Positions 1 through 9,710 of a DNA stretch of 64,000 bases are shown here, piece by piece. This DNA is from an uncultured Clostridia bacterium. GTDB lineage: Bacteria > Bacillota > Clostridia > TANB77 > CAG-508. The stretch spans positions 83,065 through 147,064 of the forward strand of contig CANQGU010000001.1 in assembly GCA_947623465.1 (NCBI GenBank), given 5' to 3'. Under the pieces are notes generated by a model that saw only the letters and a list, made by a program, of their open reading frames with translations, made no database searches and was not told the DNA's origin. Each line of letters begins with the position of its first letter. Position 1 is the stretch's first letter. The translations under genes and the position numbers were made by a program.

Positions 1-1
1 A

Positions 2-625
2 AGTAACTCTCAAAAAACAGTTGAATATTTTTCAAAAGCATTAGGAGAAAAGACAATTTCACATGAAAGTATATCTACAAATAGGGATAAAGACCATATT
101 AAAACAGGAACAAGTGACTCTGACCAAATAATGGGTAGAGCACTAATGACACCAGATGAATTAAGAAGAATGGATAATGATTTATGTATAATTTTTGAAA
201 AAGGTGTAAGGCCAGTTAAAGCTAGAAAATTTTATTATTTCCAAAAACCTATGGCAAAAGAACTTGCTAAATATGAAATTAGCCATAATGATATAGGAGA
301 AATTGAAAGAGGAAAATGGAGAAAATATAATCCATATAATCCTTATGTGGAAGACATAGATACTGAACCTGTTAAAAACTTAAAAGTTGAATCATTAGAT
401 GATTTATTTGATGATGACGAGCCTGAAGAAAACAAAGAAGATATGATAAATCCAATAAATAATGAGCCTCAAAAAAAGGATAAATGGTTAAAATTACAAA
501 ATGATGATTTTGACGAAGCACCGGTACTTCCAATGGAAGGAGAGCCTGAGGATGAATATGATTTACAAAAAGAATTAGAAGCAAAATTTGATGAACTGTT
601 TGGACCTATTGATGAAGATAATTAA
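2..625 (+). CDS. C-terminal fragment of a VirD4/TraG-type type IV secretion coupling protein (5' end lies outside the window)
   Basis: The frame is open from base 2 to the TAA at 623-625. GRALMTPDELRRM...IIFEKGVRPVKARKFYYF resembles the C-terminal region of conjugative coupling proteins and is followed by an acidic tail. Confidence 0.5.
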   Translation, partial: SNSQKTVEYFSKALGEKTISHESISTNRDKDHIKTGTSDSDQIMGRALMTPDELRRMDNDLCIIFEKGVRPVKARKFYYFQKPMAKELAKYEISHNDIGEIERGKWRKYNPYNPYVEDIDTEPVKNLKVESLDDLFDDDEPEENKEDMINPINNEPQKKDKWLKLQNDDFDEAPVLPMEGEPEDEYDLQKELEAKFDELFGPIDEDN

Positions 626-734
626 AATTTAATATACAAATGTAAATAATAACAAATTTTAAATTTTAGAAAATGTTTAAAGTAAAAGATACTTGGCATT
701 TTCTAAAATTTGTTTTATAAGGAGGAATGAAAAA

Positions 735-2318
735 ATGCTATCAGCAAATGGTGTGACAATTAGATTTGGAAAAAGAGTTTTATTTGAAGATGTAAACATT
801 AACTTTAGTAAAGGAAATTGCTACGGAATAATAGGTGCTAATGGTGCCGGAAAATCAACTTTTTTAAAAGTTCTATCAGGAGAAATAGAACCAAGTAAAG
901 GTGATGTAAGTTTAGATAAAGGAGAAAGAATTTCTATATTAAAACAAGACCACTTTGCATATGAAGATTTTACAGTAATAGATACTGTAATAATGGGAAA
1001 TAAAGAATTATATGACATTATGAAAGAAAAAGAAGAAATATATGCAAAACCTGATTTTTCAGAAGAAGATGGAATGAAAGCAGCTAAGCTTGAAGAAAGA
1101 TTTGCAGAACTTGATGGATGGAATGCAGAGTCTGATGCAGCAATGCTTTTAAATGATTTAGGAATAGCACCTGAAAATCATTATAAATTAATGAAAGAAA
1201 TAGAAGCTAAAGAAAAAGTTAAAGTGCTTTTAGCACAAAGTTTATTTGGAAATCCTGATATTCTTTTATTAGATGAGCCTACAAATGATTTAGATTTAAA
1301 AAGTATAAATTGGCTACAAGAATTTTTAATAAACTTTGAAAATACTGTAATTGTTGTATCACATGATAGATATTTTTTAAATAAAGTATGCACATATATT
1401 GCAGATGTTGACTTTGGAAAAATAACAGTATATCCAGGAAATTACGATTTCTGGTATGAATCTAGTCAGCTTGCATTAAGACAAGCAAGAGAACAAAATA
1501 AAAAGAAAGAAGAAAAAATAAAAGAATTACAAGACTTTATAGCAAGATTTAGTGCAAATGCATCAAAATCAAAACAAGCAACATCAAGAAAGAAAACATT
1601 AGAGAAAATTCAACTAGAAGAAATAAAACCATCAAACAGAAAATATCCATATGTAGATTTTAAGCCAGATAGAGAGCCGGGAAAAGAAATTTTACAAGTA
1701 AAAAATATATCTAAAACAATAAATGGAGAGAAAATTTTAGATAATGTTTCATTTACAGTAAAACAAGATGATAAAATAGCATTTTTAGCAGATAATGAAC
1801 TTGCAAAAACAGTTCTATTTCAAATAATAGAAGGAGAACTTGAGCCAGATGAGGGAGAAATAATATGGGGACAAACTATCTCACATACTTATTTCCCTAA
1901 GGATAACAACTATTTATTTGAAACAGAAGAAAACTTAACAGATTGGCTTAGAAAATATTCTAAAGACCCAGATGAAACATATGTAAGAAGCTTTTTAGGT
2001 AGAATGTTATTTTCAGGAGAAGAAGCTTTAAAAAAGGCAAAAGTAATCTCAGGTGGAGAAAAAGTAAGATGTGTTTTATCTAAAATGATGCTATCAGGAG
2101 CAAATTTTCTAATTTTTGATGAGCCAACAAACCATTTAGATATGGAAAGTATAACTTCATTAAATGAAGGTATGAAAAAATTTAAAGGAAATATTTTATT
2201 TACTTCTCATGACCACGAGTTAACTCAAACTGTTGCAAATAGAATAATTGATTTAAAACAAGATGGAAAATTAGTAGATAGAGAAGTTACTTATAACGAA
2301 TACTTAGGAATTGAATAA
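735..2318 (+). CDS. ABC-F family ATPase (YbiT/Uup-like translation factor type, two ABC cassettes, no TM domain)
   Basis: AGGAGG lies 9 nt upstream of the ATG at 735. There are two Walker A motifs (GANGAGKST plus a degenerate second), LSGGEK signatures, and a basic K/R-rich interdomain linker typical of ABC-F proteins. Confidence 0.85.
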   Translation: MLSANGVTIRFGKRVLFEDVNINFSKGNCYGIIGANGAGKSTFLKVLSGEIEPSKGDVSLDKGERISILKQDHFAYEDFTVIDTVIMGNKELYDIMKEKEEIYAKPDFSEEDGMKAAKLEERFAELDGWNAESDAAMLLNDLGIAPENHYKLMKEIEAKEKVKVLLAQSLFGNPDILLLDEPTNDLDLKSINWLQEFLINFENTVIVVSHDRYFLNKVCTYIADVDFGKITVYPGNYDFWYESSQLALRQAREQNKKKEEKIKELQDFIARFSANASKSKQATSRKKTLEKIQLEEIKPSNRKYPYVDFKPDREPGKEILQVKNISKTINGEKILDNVSFTVKQDDKIAFLADNELAKTVLFQIIEGELEPDEGEIIWGQTISHTYFPKDNNYLFETEENLTDWLRKYSKDPDETYVRSFLGRMLFSGEEALKKAKVISGGEKVRCVLSKMMLSGANFLIFDEPTNHLDMESITSLNEGMKKFKGNILFTSHDHELTQTVANRIIDLKQDGKLVDREVTYNEYLGIE

Positions 2319-2440
2319 TAAGGTTTTATAATGAATACTTAAAAGTTGAATAATAAGTTTTTATAATGAATACATAAAAATTGAGTAATGAGTATTTATA
2401 ATAAATATTTTGAAATTAAGCAATAAGTAGTTATAAAAAA
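2293..2440. repeat. Degenerating 35-bp tandem repeat (4 or more copies) that begins inside the last codons and stop of the ABC-F gene
   Basis: ataacgaatacttaggaattgaataataaggtttt, ataatgaatacttaaaagttgaataataagttttt, ataatgaatacataaaaattgagtaatgagtattt, ataataaatattttgaaattaagcaataagtagtt. Confidence 0.8.
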
Positions 2441-2486
2441 ATTTTATAACAAGAAAATATTTGATTAAAAAAATATGGAGTGAAAT

Positions 2487-4115
2487 ATGAAATTAAAAAT
2501 TAAAATAATTGTACTAGCATTTATAGTAATATTAATAAATTGCACAAGTACAGAAGCAGTAGAAAATAATCCATATAAATTAATGGAAAACATTAATTAT
2601 ACAGAAAATACAGAGAATATTAAAAATCCAGAAAGAGGATTCTATAGTACAGCATTTCTTAAAATGATGCCTGAAGGAAGTAAAGCCACAAGTTCAGGTG
2701 CAAACCTAGTACATTTAAGAGTTGATATAGGGAATTTTTCTAAAGCAGTTAATGGTATAGCAGATATGGAATTTACAGAAGATGCATTAAATGCATTAGA
2801 TGAAACATTTGCTAATATTAGAAAAAAGGGTGGAAGTGTTATTATAAGATTTGCATATGATGGATTCAATGGTAAAGCAAACTTAGAGCCATCTTTAGAT
2901 ATGATATTAAAACATATTTCTCAATTAAAACAAGTGTATGAAAAAAATAAAGATGTACTTGCATATGTAGAACTAGGATTTTTCGGACCATGGGGAGAAA
3001 TGCATACAAGTAAAATATCAAGTACAGAAAATGTAAGTAAAGCGATAGATTTAATGCTAGATGTAGTTCCAGAAACAATAAAAATAGGAGTTAGAACGCC
3101 AAATTATTATGCCAAATGGTTAGGGATAGAACGAAATACATTAAATGAAAATATTACAGAAAAAGGAACAGATGCATATAGAGTAGGATTATATAATGAT
3201 GGATATTTAGGTTCAGAAAGTGATTTAGGAACTTTTTCCAATAGAGAAATAGAAATAAATTGGTTAGAAAAACAAGCAAGGCATACATTTTATGGAGGAG
3301 AAGTAGTAGCAAATTATGCTAGCAAAACACCATTAAATACTGTAGAATATATGTCAAAAGAGGCATTTAAAACACATACAACATATTTAAATTCAGAGTG
3401 GAATAATACAGTAATTAATGCATGGAAAAATGAAATATATAATGGAGAAGATATTCTTTACTCAGGAAAAGACGGCTATACATATATTGCTAATCATTTA
3501 GGGTATAGATTTATTTTAAGAAAATCAGAATTAATTAGTAAAATTCAAGCAAATGACACATTAAAAATGAAATTACAAATTGAAAATGTTGGATTTGCAA
3601 ATTTAATTAATGAAAAAAAAGTTACATTAATATTAAAAAATGAAGAAAAAACTTATGAAATACCTACGCAAATAGATGCTACTACATGGAATTCTAAAGA
3701 AATATCTGATGTAAATATAGAAGTTAAATTACCAGAAAATATAAGTTTAGGTCAATGGGATATTTATTTAAGAATTTCTCAATTGGGAGATATGAATAAT
3801 GATAATAATTATAAATGCATACAATTTGCAAATTCTGATATTTGGAATGAAGAATTTGGTGCAAATTATGTAGGTAATGTTGAAATAACTCAAATACAAG
3901 TAAATGATAAAACTGAAGATACGCAAATACAAGATAAAGAAAATGATAAAACGGGAGATACACAATTACCATATAAAAAGAGTGATAAAAATGGAGATAC
4001 AACTACTTACCCTGGTATTTTACCTCAAACAGGATATGATAATTGGTTATTAATATTGATATTTATTAGTATTATAATTTTTATCTTTAGACTATTATCA
4101 AAGAAAGGAAAGTAA
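2487..4115 (+). CDS. Sortase-anchored surface protein with a DUF4874/DUF4832-like (glycoside-hydrolase-like) region
   Basis: N-terminal signal peptide. C-terminal LPQTG followed by a hydrophobic stretch and a KKGK tail. NPERGFY and LGYRF motifs are reminiscent of DUF4874/DUF4832. Confidence 0.6.
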   Translation: MKLKIKIIVLAFIVILINCTSTEAVENNPYKLMENINYTENTENIKNPERGFYSTAFLKMMPEGSKATSSGANLVHLRVDIGNFSKAVNGIADMEFTEDALNALDETFANIRKKGGSVIIRFAYDGFNGKANLEPSLDMILKHISQLKQVYEKNKDVLAYVELGFFGPWGEMHTSKISSTENVSKAIDLMLDVVPETIKIGVRTPNYYAKWLGIERNTLNENITEKGTDAYRVGLYNDGYLGSESDLGTFSNREIEINWLEKQARHTFYGGEVVANYASKTPLNTVEYMSKEAFKTHTTYLNSEWNNTVINAWKNEIYNGEDILYSGKDGYTYIANHLGYRFILRKSELISKIQANDTLKMKLQIENVGFANLINEKKVTLILKNEEKTYEIPTQIDATTWNSKEISDVNIEVKLPENISLGQWDIYLRISQLGDMNNDNNYKCIQFANSDIWNEEFGANYVGNVEITQIQVNDKTEDTQIQDKENDKTGDTQLPYKKSDKNGDTTTYPGILPQTGYDNWLLILIFISIIIFIFRLLSKKGK

Positions 4116-4117
4116 AA

Positions 4118-6301
4118 ATGGATAAAATTATTGGAATAATTGCAGGAGAATTAAATGTAAAAGAAACACAAGTTGAAAATGCAGTAAAGTTAATTGATGA
4201 AGGAAATACAATTCCTTTTATTGCAAGATATAGGAAAGAAGTTACAGGTGGACTAAGTGACGAGGTCTTAAGAAATTTATTTGATAGACTTTCATATTTA
4301 AGAAATTTGGAAACACGTAAAGAAGAAGTTGTTAAATCTATTGATGAACAAGGAAAAATGACAGATGAGATTTTGCAAGCAATAGCTGGTGCTAAAACAT
4401 TAGCCGAAGTTGAAGATATTTATAGACCATATAAACAAAAAAAGAAAACAAGAGCAACTGTTGCAAAAGCAAAAGGATTAGAGCCTTTAGCAAATATTAT
4501 TATTGAACAAACTGAAACTAAAGATATTTATGAAATTGCAAAAGAGTACATAAATATAGATAGCCTTTCAGAAGAAGATAAAAATAATAAAGATAAAGTC
4601 GTAGCAAGTGCAGAAGACGCAATACATGGTGCTTTAGATATAATTGCAGAAGATATTTCAGATAACGCCGATTTTAGAAAGAAAATTAAAAGAATTTGTT
4701 ATAGAGAAGGGCTTATTACAACAAAAGCTGTAAATCCCGAAGAAAAATCAAATTATGAAATGTATTATGATTATAGTGAGCTTGCATTTAGAATTCCAAG
4801 TCATAGAATTTTAGCAATAAATAGGGGAGAAAAAGAGGAATTTTTAAAAGTTAAACTTGATAAAAAAGAAGAAAAAATATTAAATACATTAGAAAGAAAC
4901 ATTATAAAAGGTGAAACTCAGTTTACTGCAATGCTTAAAGACACAATTTTAGATAGTTTTAAAAGATTGATTGAGCCATCTATAGATAGAGAAATTCGCT
5001 CTGACCTAACGGAAAAAGCAGAAGAGCAAGCTATTAAAGTATTTGGTAAAAATTCTAAACAATTATTATTAGGTGCTCCAATTAAGGGAAAAACTGTTAT
5101 GGGATTTGACCCTGCATATAGAACAGGTTGCAAAATAGCTGTTATTGATGAAACAGGAAAACTTTTAGATTATACAACAGTTTATCCAACTGAACCTCAA
5201 AATGATGTAGAAGGAGCAGAAAAGGAATTATTAAAACTTATTAAAAAAGATAATATTGATATGATAGCAATAGGTAATGGTACAGCATCTCGTGAATCTG
5301 AAGGCTTTGTTGCAAATATGATAAAAAAAGCTGATAAAGAAGTTAATTATGTAATTGTTAGCGAAGCGGGTGCTTCTGTATATTCTGCATCAAAATTAGC
5401 AACAGAAGAATATCCTGACATAAATGTATCTATAAGAGGAGCAATTTCTATTGCAAGAAGATTACAAGATCCTTTAGCAGAGCTTGTAAAGATTGACCCT
5501 AAAGCAATAGGAGTTGGACAGTATCAACATGATGTTAATCAAAAAAGATTATCTGAAAGTCTAACAGGAGTTGTAGAAGACAGTGTTAATAAAGTTGGAG
5601 TGGATGTAAACACAGCCACACCATCGCTTTTAAGCTATGTTTCTGGAATTAATAATACTATTGCAAAAAATATTGTAAAATATAGAGATGAAAATGGAAA
5701 ATTAAAAACAAGAAAAGAATTATTAAAGGTTCCAAAGCTAGGGAAAGTTGCATTTGAACAATGTGCAGGTTTCTTAAGAATACTAGATGGACTAAATCCA
5801 TTAGAATCAACAGCAGTTCACCCTGAAAGCTATGAAGTAGCTGAAAAGTTGCTCGATAGTTTAGGATTTAAAAAAGAAGATTTAAGAGATAAAGAGAAGA
5901 TTTTAAGTATAAGGGAAAAACTTAAAACTGTTGATGTACAAAAAGCCTCAAAAGAACTTGAAGTTGGAGAAATGACTTTAAAAGATATAATTGAAGAACT
6001 TTCAAAACCAGGTAGAGATCCAAGAGAAGATATGCCAAAGCCAATATTAAGACAAGATGTACTAAAATTTGAAGATTTAAAAGAAGGTATGGTGCTTACA
6101 GGAACTGTTAGAAATGTAATAGATTTCGGAGCATTTGTAGATATTGGAGTTAAATATGATGGTTTAGTTCATATTTCAGAAATGAGCGATAAATTTATAA
6201 AAAATCCATCAGAAATAGTTTCTGTAGGTGATATTGTTAAAGTTAAAGTAATTAAAATTGATATGGACAGACATAAAGTAAGTTTAAGTATGAAGGTATA
6301 A
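4118..6301 (+). CDS. tex: Tex-like transcription accessory protein (YqgF/HhH/S1 domains)
   Basis: 727 aa. N-terminal IPFIARYRKE motif and a C-terminal S1 domain (GTVRNVIDFGAFVDIG...GLVHISE). Confidence 0.95.
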   Translation: MDKIIGIIAGELNVKETQVENAVKLIDEGNTIPFIARYRKEVTGGLSDEVLRNLFDRLSYLRNLETRKEEVVKSIDEQGKMTDEILQAIAGAKTLAEVEDIYRPYKQKKKTRATVAKAKGLEPLANIIIEQTETKDIYEIAKEYINIDSLSEEDKNNKDKVVASAEDAIHGALDIIAEDISDNADFRKKIKRICYREGLITTKAVNPEEKSNYEMYYDYSELAFRIPSHRILAINRGEKEEFLKVKLDKKEEKILNTLERNIIKGETQFTAMLKDTILDSFKRLIEPSIDREIRSDLTEKAEEQAIKVFGKNSKQLLLGAPIKGKTVMGFDPAYRTGCKIAVIDETGKLLDYTTVYPTEPQNDVEGAEKELLKLIKKDNIDMIAIGNGTASRESEGFVANMIKKADKEVNYVIVSEAGASVYSASKLATEEYPDINVSIRGAISIARRLQDPLAELVKIDPKAIGVGQYQHDVNQKRLSESLTGVVEDSVNKVGVDVNTATPSLLSYVSGINNTIAKNIVKYRDENGKLKTRKELLKVPKLGKVAFEQCAGFLRILDGLNPLESTAVHPESYEVAEKLLDSLGFKKEDLRDKEKILSIREKLKTVDVQKASKELEVGEMTLKDIIEELSKPGRDPREDMPKPILRQDVLKFEDLKEGMVLTGTVRNVIDFGAFVDIGVKYDGLVHISEMSDKFIKNPSEIVSVGDIVKVKVIKIDMDRHKVSLSMKV

Positions 6302-6323
6302 ATCAATTAGTTCTATATAAAAT

Positions 6324-6370
6324 AAAACCTAAATTATTAATGTTTTTGATTAATAATTTAGGCTTTATTT
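6324..6370. terminator. Bidirectional intrinsic terminator between the convergent tex and HD-GYP genes
   Basis: Perfect 14-bp stem cctaaattattaat / attaataatttagg (6328-6341 and 6349-6362) flanked by A and T runs. Confidence 0.75.
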
Positions 6371-6516
6371 AATTAATAAATTTGTATATCTTTTTATCTA
6401 ATTAATAGCTATTTATATTTTATTTAATTAATACATTTATTTGTTTAATTAATATATATATTTTTTTATATTTATATATTTTATTTAATTAATATTTATA
6501 TTTTTTATTAATAGAT

Positions 6517-7561
6517 TTATTTATACTTTTCTTTAATTGATTCTATTTCATCAAAATGATTTCTTAAAATATCTAAAAATAAATCAGTTAATTTTGGGTC
6601 AAATTGAGTACCTTTACAATTTTCAAATTCTGAAATTACTTTTTCTATTGGCATACTATCACGATAAGCTCTTTTAGAAGTCATAGCATCAAAGCTATCT
6701 GCAATAGATGTAATTCTTGCAAAATATGGAATATTTTCGCCCTCTAATTGACTTGGGTAACCGTGTCCATCATATCTTTCGTGATGATGTTTAACAATAG
6801 GAATAATATCTTTAAATATAGATGCACTAGATAAAATATGAGCACCAATAGATGGGTGATTTTTTACTTCTGAATATTCATTATCAGAAAGTTTTCCCGC
6901 TTTTAGCAAAATACTGTCAGGGACTCCTAATTTACCAATATCATGGAATAATCCTCCAATTCGTAATGTTTTCAAATCACTCTCTGGTAATCCCAAATAT
7001 TTTCCAATTAAAACAGAATATTCAGAAACTCTATCAGAATGACCTCTTGTATATGTATCTTTGGCATCAACTGTATAACGCAAGGTTTGAATACTTTCTA
7101 AGTAAGCATTTTCTAATTCTTGATTTATTTTTTTAATTTCATTCATTTGAGCAACAGATTTAATGCCAGATTCAATTAATAGCAATAATTGGTCAAATTT
7201 ATCACTTTTTTCGCAATAGCCTTGAATATCAAGCCTTTTAATTGTCTCTAATGGAGGTGCTAAATCTTTATGACCGAGTTAAAAGCAAAATATATAGTTC
7301 TTTATTAAATTTTCTTATTTCTTCTACAACTTGGTCTCCATGAAGAGGTGTCATTATAAAATCTAAAAGTAATAAATCAAAATGTTCATTTTTTATTCTT
7401 TCAATTGCTTCCATTGGATCAGTTAAACCTGTAAAAGAATAACCTGACCTTTTCAAGAATATTGATAATGAATCAATAATACCTATTTCATCATCAACTG
7501 CAAGAATTTTGTATGAAGAATTTTGAATATTGTTTGAGTTTTCGGTATTTCCAATTCTCAT
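6517..7561 (-). CDS. Response regulator with REC and HD-GYP (c-di-GMP phosphodiesterase type) domains; requires C-GGT recoding at 7276-7274
   Basis: The REC ORF (7268-7561) and the HD-GYP ORF (6517-7185; HDIGK, HHERYDGHGYP) join as LLLT-G-HKDLAPPLETIKRLDIQGYCEK when the C of the in-frame CGG is skipped. Length minus 1 nt equals 348 codons. AGGAGG precedes the start. Confidence 0.8.
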
Positions 7562-7576
7562 AAAATGTTCCTCCTT

Positions 7577-9562
7577 TTATATTGGTATAGTAATTATAAA
7601 TGTAGTACCTTGGCCTTCTTCTGAATTAAATGTCATATCTCCATTAAAATGAGCTTTTATTGTTGAATATGACATATATAGCCCAAGACCTGTACCATTT
7701 TTACCTTTTGTTGTTACCATTTCTTTGAATAATTTATTTTTAATTTTTTTAGGAATTCCAGATCCATGGTCTGTAATAGATATAATTACATTATTTCCAT
7801 CTGTTGAAGCATTTAACTCAATTGTTTGTTCTGGTTTTCCATTATATGCTTGTATTGCATTTGAAATAATATTGTTTATTATTTGTACTAAACTGTTTAC
7901 ATCTCCATTAATTACAGTGTTTTCGTCCATATTAACTGTTATATTTAAATAAACAATTGCATTTTTTAATTCATGTTTCATTAAAATATTTACGCGTTTT
8001 AATAATTCTGAGATTGTAAAACTACTTTCCATATCATTTACAAGTGTTACGGTTTGTCCCTTTACAGCGGTTATAATGTCTGACATGTATTCAGTATATT
8101 CTTTTATTTTTTCAATCCAATTAAAATAATCTTTAGCTATATCATGGAAATCTTCATTTGTAACAACAGGGTTACCGATAGAATTATCAAGTTCTACTGT
8201 TAAATCGTGAAGTCCTTCTGCAATACCAGAAATAGACATTATTGGAGTTTTTAAGTTATGAGCAATACCTCCAATCATTTGTCCAAGAGATGCTAAACGC
8301 TCTTGTTCAACAAGTCTTGATTGTGTAGATTTTATTCTATCAATATTGTTTTTACTTGTTTGTTGTATTTTGTTAAAAGAATCTGTAAGTAATGCTATTT
8401 CATCATTTGAAGTTATAGGTAATACGCCTATATTTGATAAGTCTTTTTGTTCTGCTATAGTTTTTAATTTGTCTGATACTTGCTTTATATTTTTACTTAT
8501 GTTCTTTGACCATAATATAAGAATAACAATGTAAATAATAATAGCAAGACATGAAATAGAGATAAAGTATGAAATTAATTCATTACTTGTAACTGAATAT
8601 TTAAATCCTATATAACACTCTGTGCCATCATTTAAAGTTACTTTTTGTACATAACCTTGTTCTTCAACTCCATAATATTCATAAACACGTCCATTTGTTT
8701 CTTCAAGATTCATTTCAGCATATGTAATAAAGAATTTTGATACATATCCATCATCTTTTGAAAAGATATAATCATCACCATATTTTATAAAATAATAATC
8801 ATCAGGTGATTTTAAAGGTATCTTATCAAGCGTATTTTGAAGATTTTCTAAGCTTAAATTATTTAAACTATATTCATTTAAATTAAATTGATAATAGTAA
8901 TAATATTGTTCACCTATTGCATCAGATACTTTAGAATATCCTAAAAGTGCTATTGTAATAATAACTACTATAAAAAATGGCAAAATGTTATTAATTAATT
9001 CATTTGAAAACTTTGATGTTTTATCCCCTATATGATAGTTACTGTTTATTTCATAAGTTGAATCTAATATAACATCCATATCATTTTTTATAAGTACATT
9101 TGATATTATTGCTGTAACTATAAAAAATGAAAAATATATTAGTAAAAACTTAAAAATTAGATGTAAATCTAAGTTCATAGAGCTGAAAAGTATTGCAAGT
9201 ACAGATAAAATAACTATTAATTGTACGATTAAGATTTTTCTAGGGAAGCTAAAGCATGCAGTTCTAACTGTTTGAATTTCCTTAAAAGTAACTAGTTTTT
9301 TATCCTTTTTTATATATTTAAAAACATCTCTTAATAAGAAAGTTATAAATATAGCGTATAAAATAACACCAAAAGAACCTAAAAGTAAGTATTGCATGTT
9401 ATGTGAAAGTGGTTCAATCATATTCTGAAAAGCATTGTTTTCAGAATTTGGTGGATAATTAGAAAGCTTTGGAACCAAGATTTTCATCAAATATACTACT
9501 GCAATTTCTAGTAAAATTAGTTTTACATAAATATTTCGTTTAATCTTTTTTAAATTATTCAT
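7577..9562 (-). CDS. Membrane sensor histidine kinase
   Basis: Multiple N-terminal TM segments, H-box GGIAHNLKTPI, and a GHKL ATPase with N, G1 and G2 boxes (ISNAIQA, DHGSGI, GTGLGL). Sits immediately upstream of the regulator. Confidence 0.85.
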   Translation of the reverse strand: MNNLKKIKRNIYVKLILLEIAVVYLMKILVPKLSNYPPNSENNAFQNMIEPLSHNMQYLLLGSFGVILYAIFITFLLRDVFKYIKKDKKLVTFKEIQTVRTACFSFPRKILIVQLIVILSVLAILFSSMNLDLHLIFKFLLIYFSFFIVTAIISNVLIKNDMDVILDSTYEINSNYHIGDKTSKFSNELINNILPFFIVVIITIALLGYSKVSDAIGEQYYYYYQFNLNEYSLNNLSLENLQNTLDKIPLKSPDDYYFIKYGDDYIFSKDDGYVSKFFITYAEMNLEETNGRVYEYYGVEEQGYVQKVTLNDGTECYIGFKYSVTSNELISYFISISCLAIIIYIVILILWSKNISKNIKQVSDKLKTIAEQKDLSNIGVLPITSNDEIALLTDSFNKIQQTSKNNIDRIKSTQSRLVEQERLASLGQMIGGIAHNLKTPIMSISGIAEGLHDLTVELDNSIGNPVVTNEDFHDIAKDYFNWIEKIKEYTEYMSDIITAVKGQTVTLVNDMESSFTISELLKRVNILMKHELKNAIVYLNITVNMDENTVINGDVNSLVQIINNIISNAIQAYNGKPEQTIELNASTDGNNVIISITDHGSGIPKKIKNKLFKEMVTTKGKNGTGLGLYMSYSTIKAHFNGDMTFNSEEGQGTTFIITIPI

Positions 9563-9710
9563 ATAAACTCTATCCCTTTCTCTTTTGAATTTAATTATTT
9601 ATCTAAAGTAAATTAGAACATAAATTAAATTATTTATTTAAAAGTATTGTGTCAATTAAATTATATATTTAAATTTAATTTATCACATCAATTTAATTAT
9701 TTATCTATAT

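Noticed and set aside
693-734. Track start codons for ABC-F (693), acpS (56203), metG (57764), the thioesterase (17196) and the antitoxin (17832).
   Set aside because: Internal ATG or GTG codons with properly spaced AGGAGG-type RBSs, and homologue-like N-termini, fit better. The upstream parts overlap RBSs or leaders.
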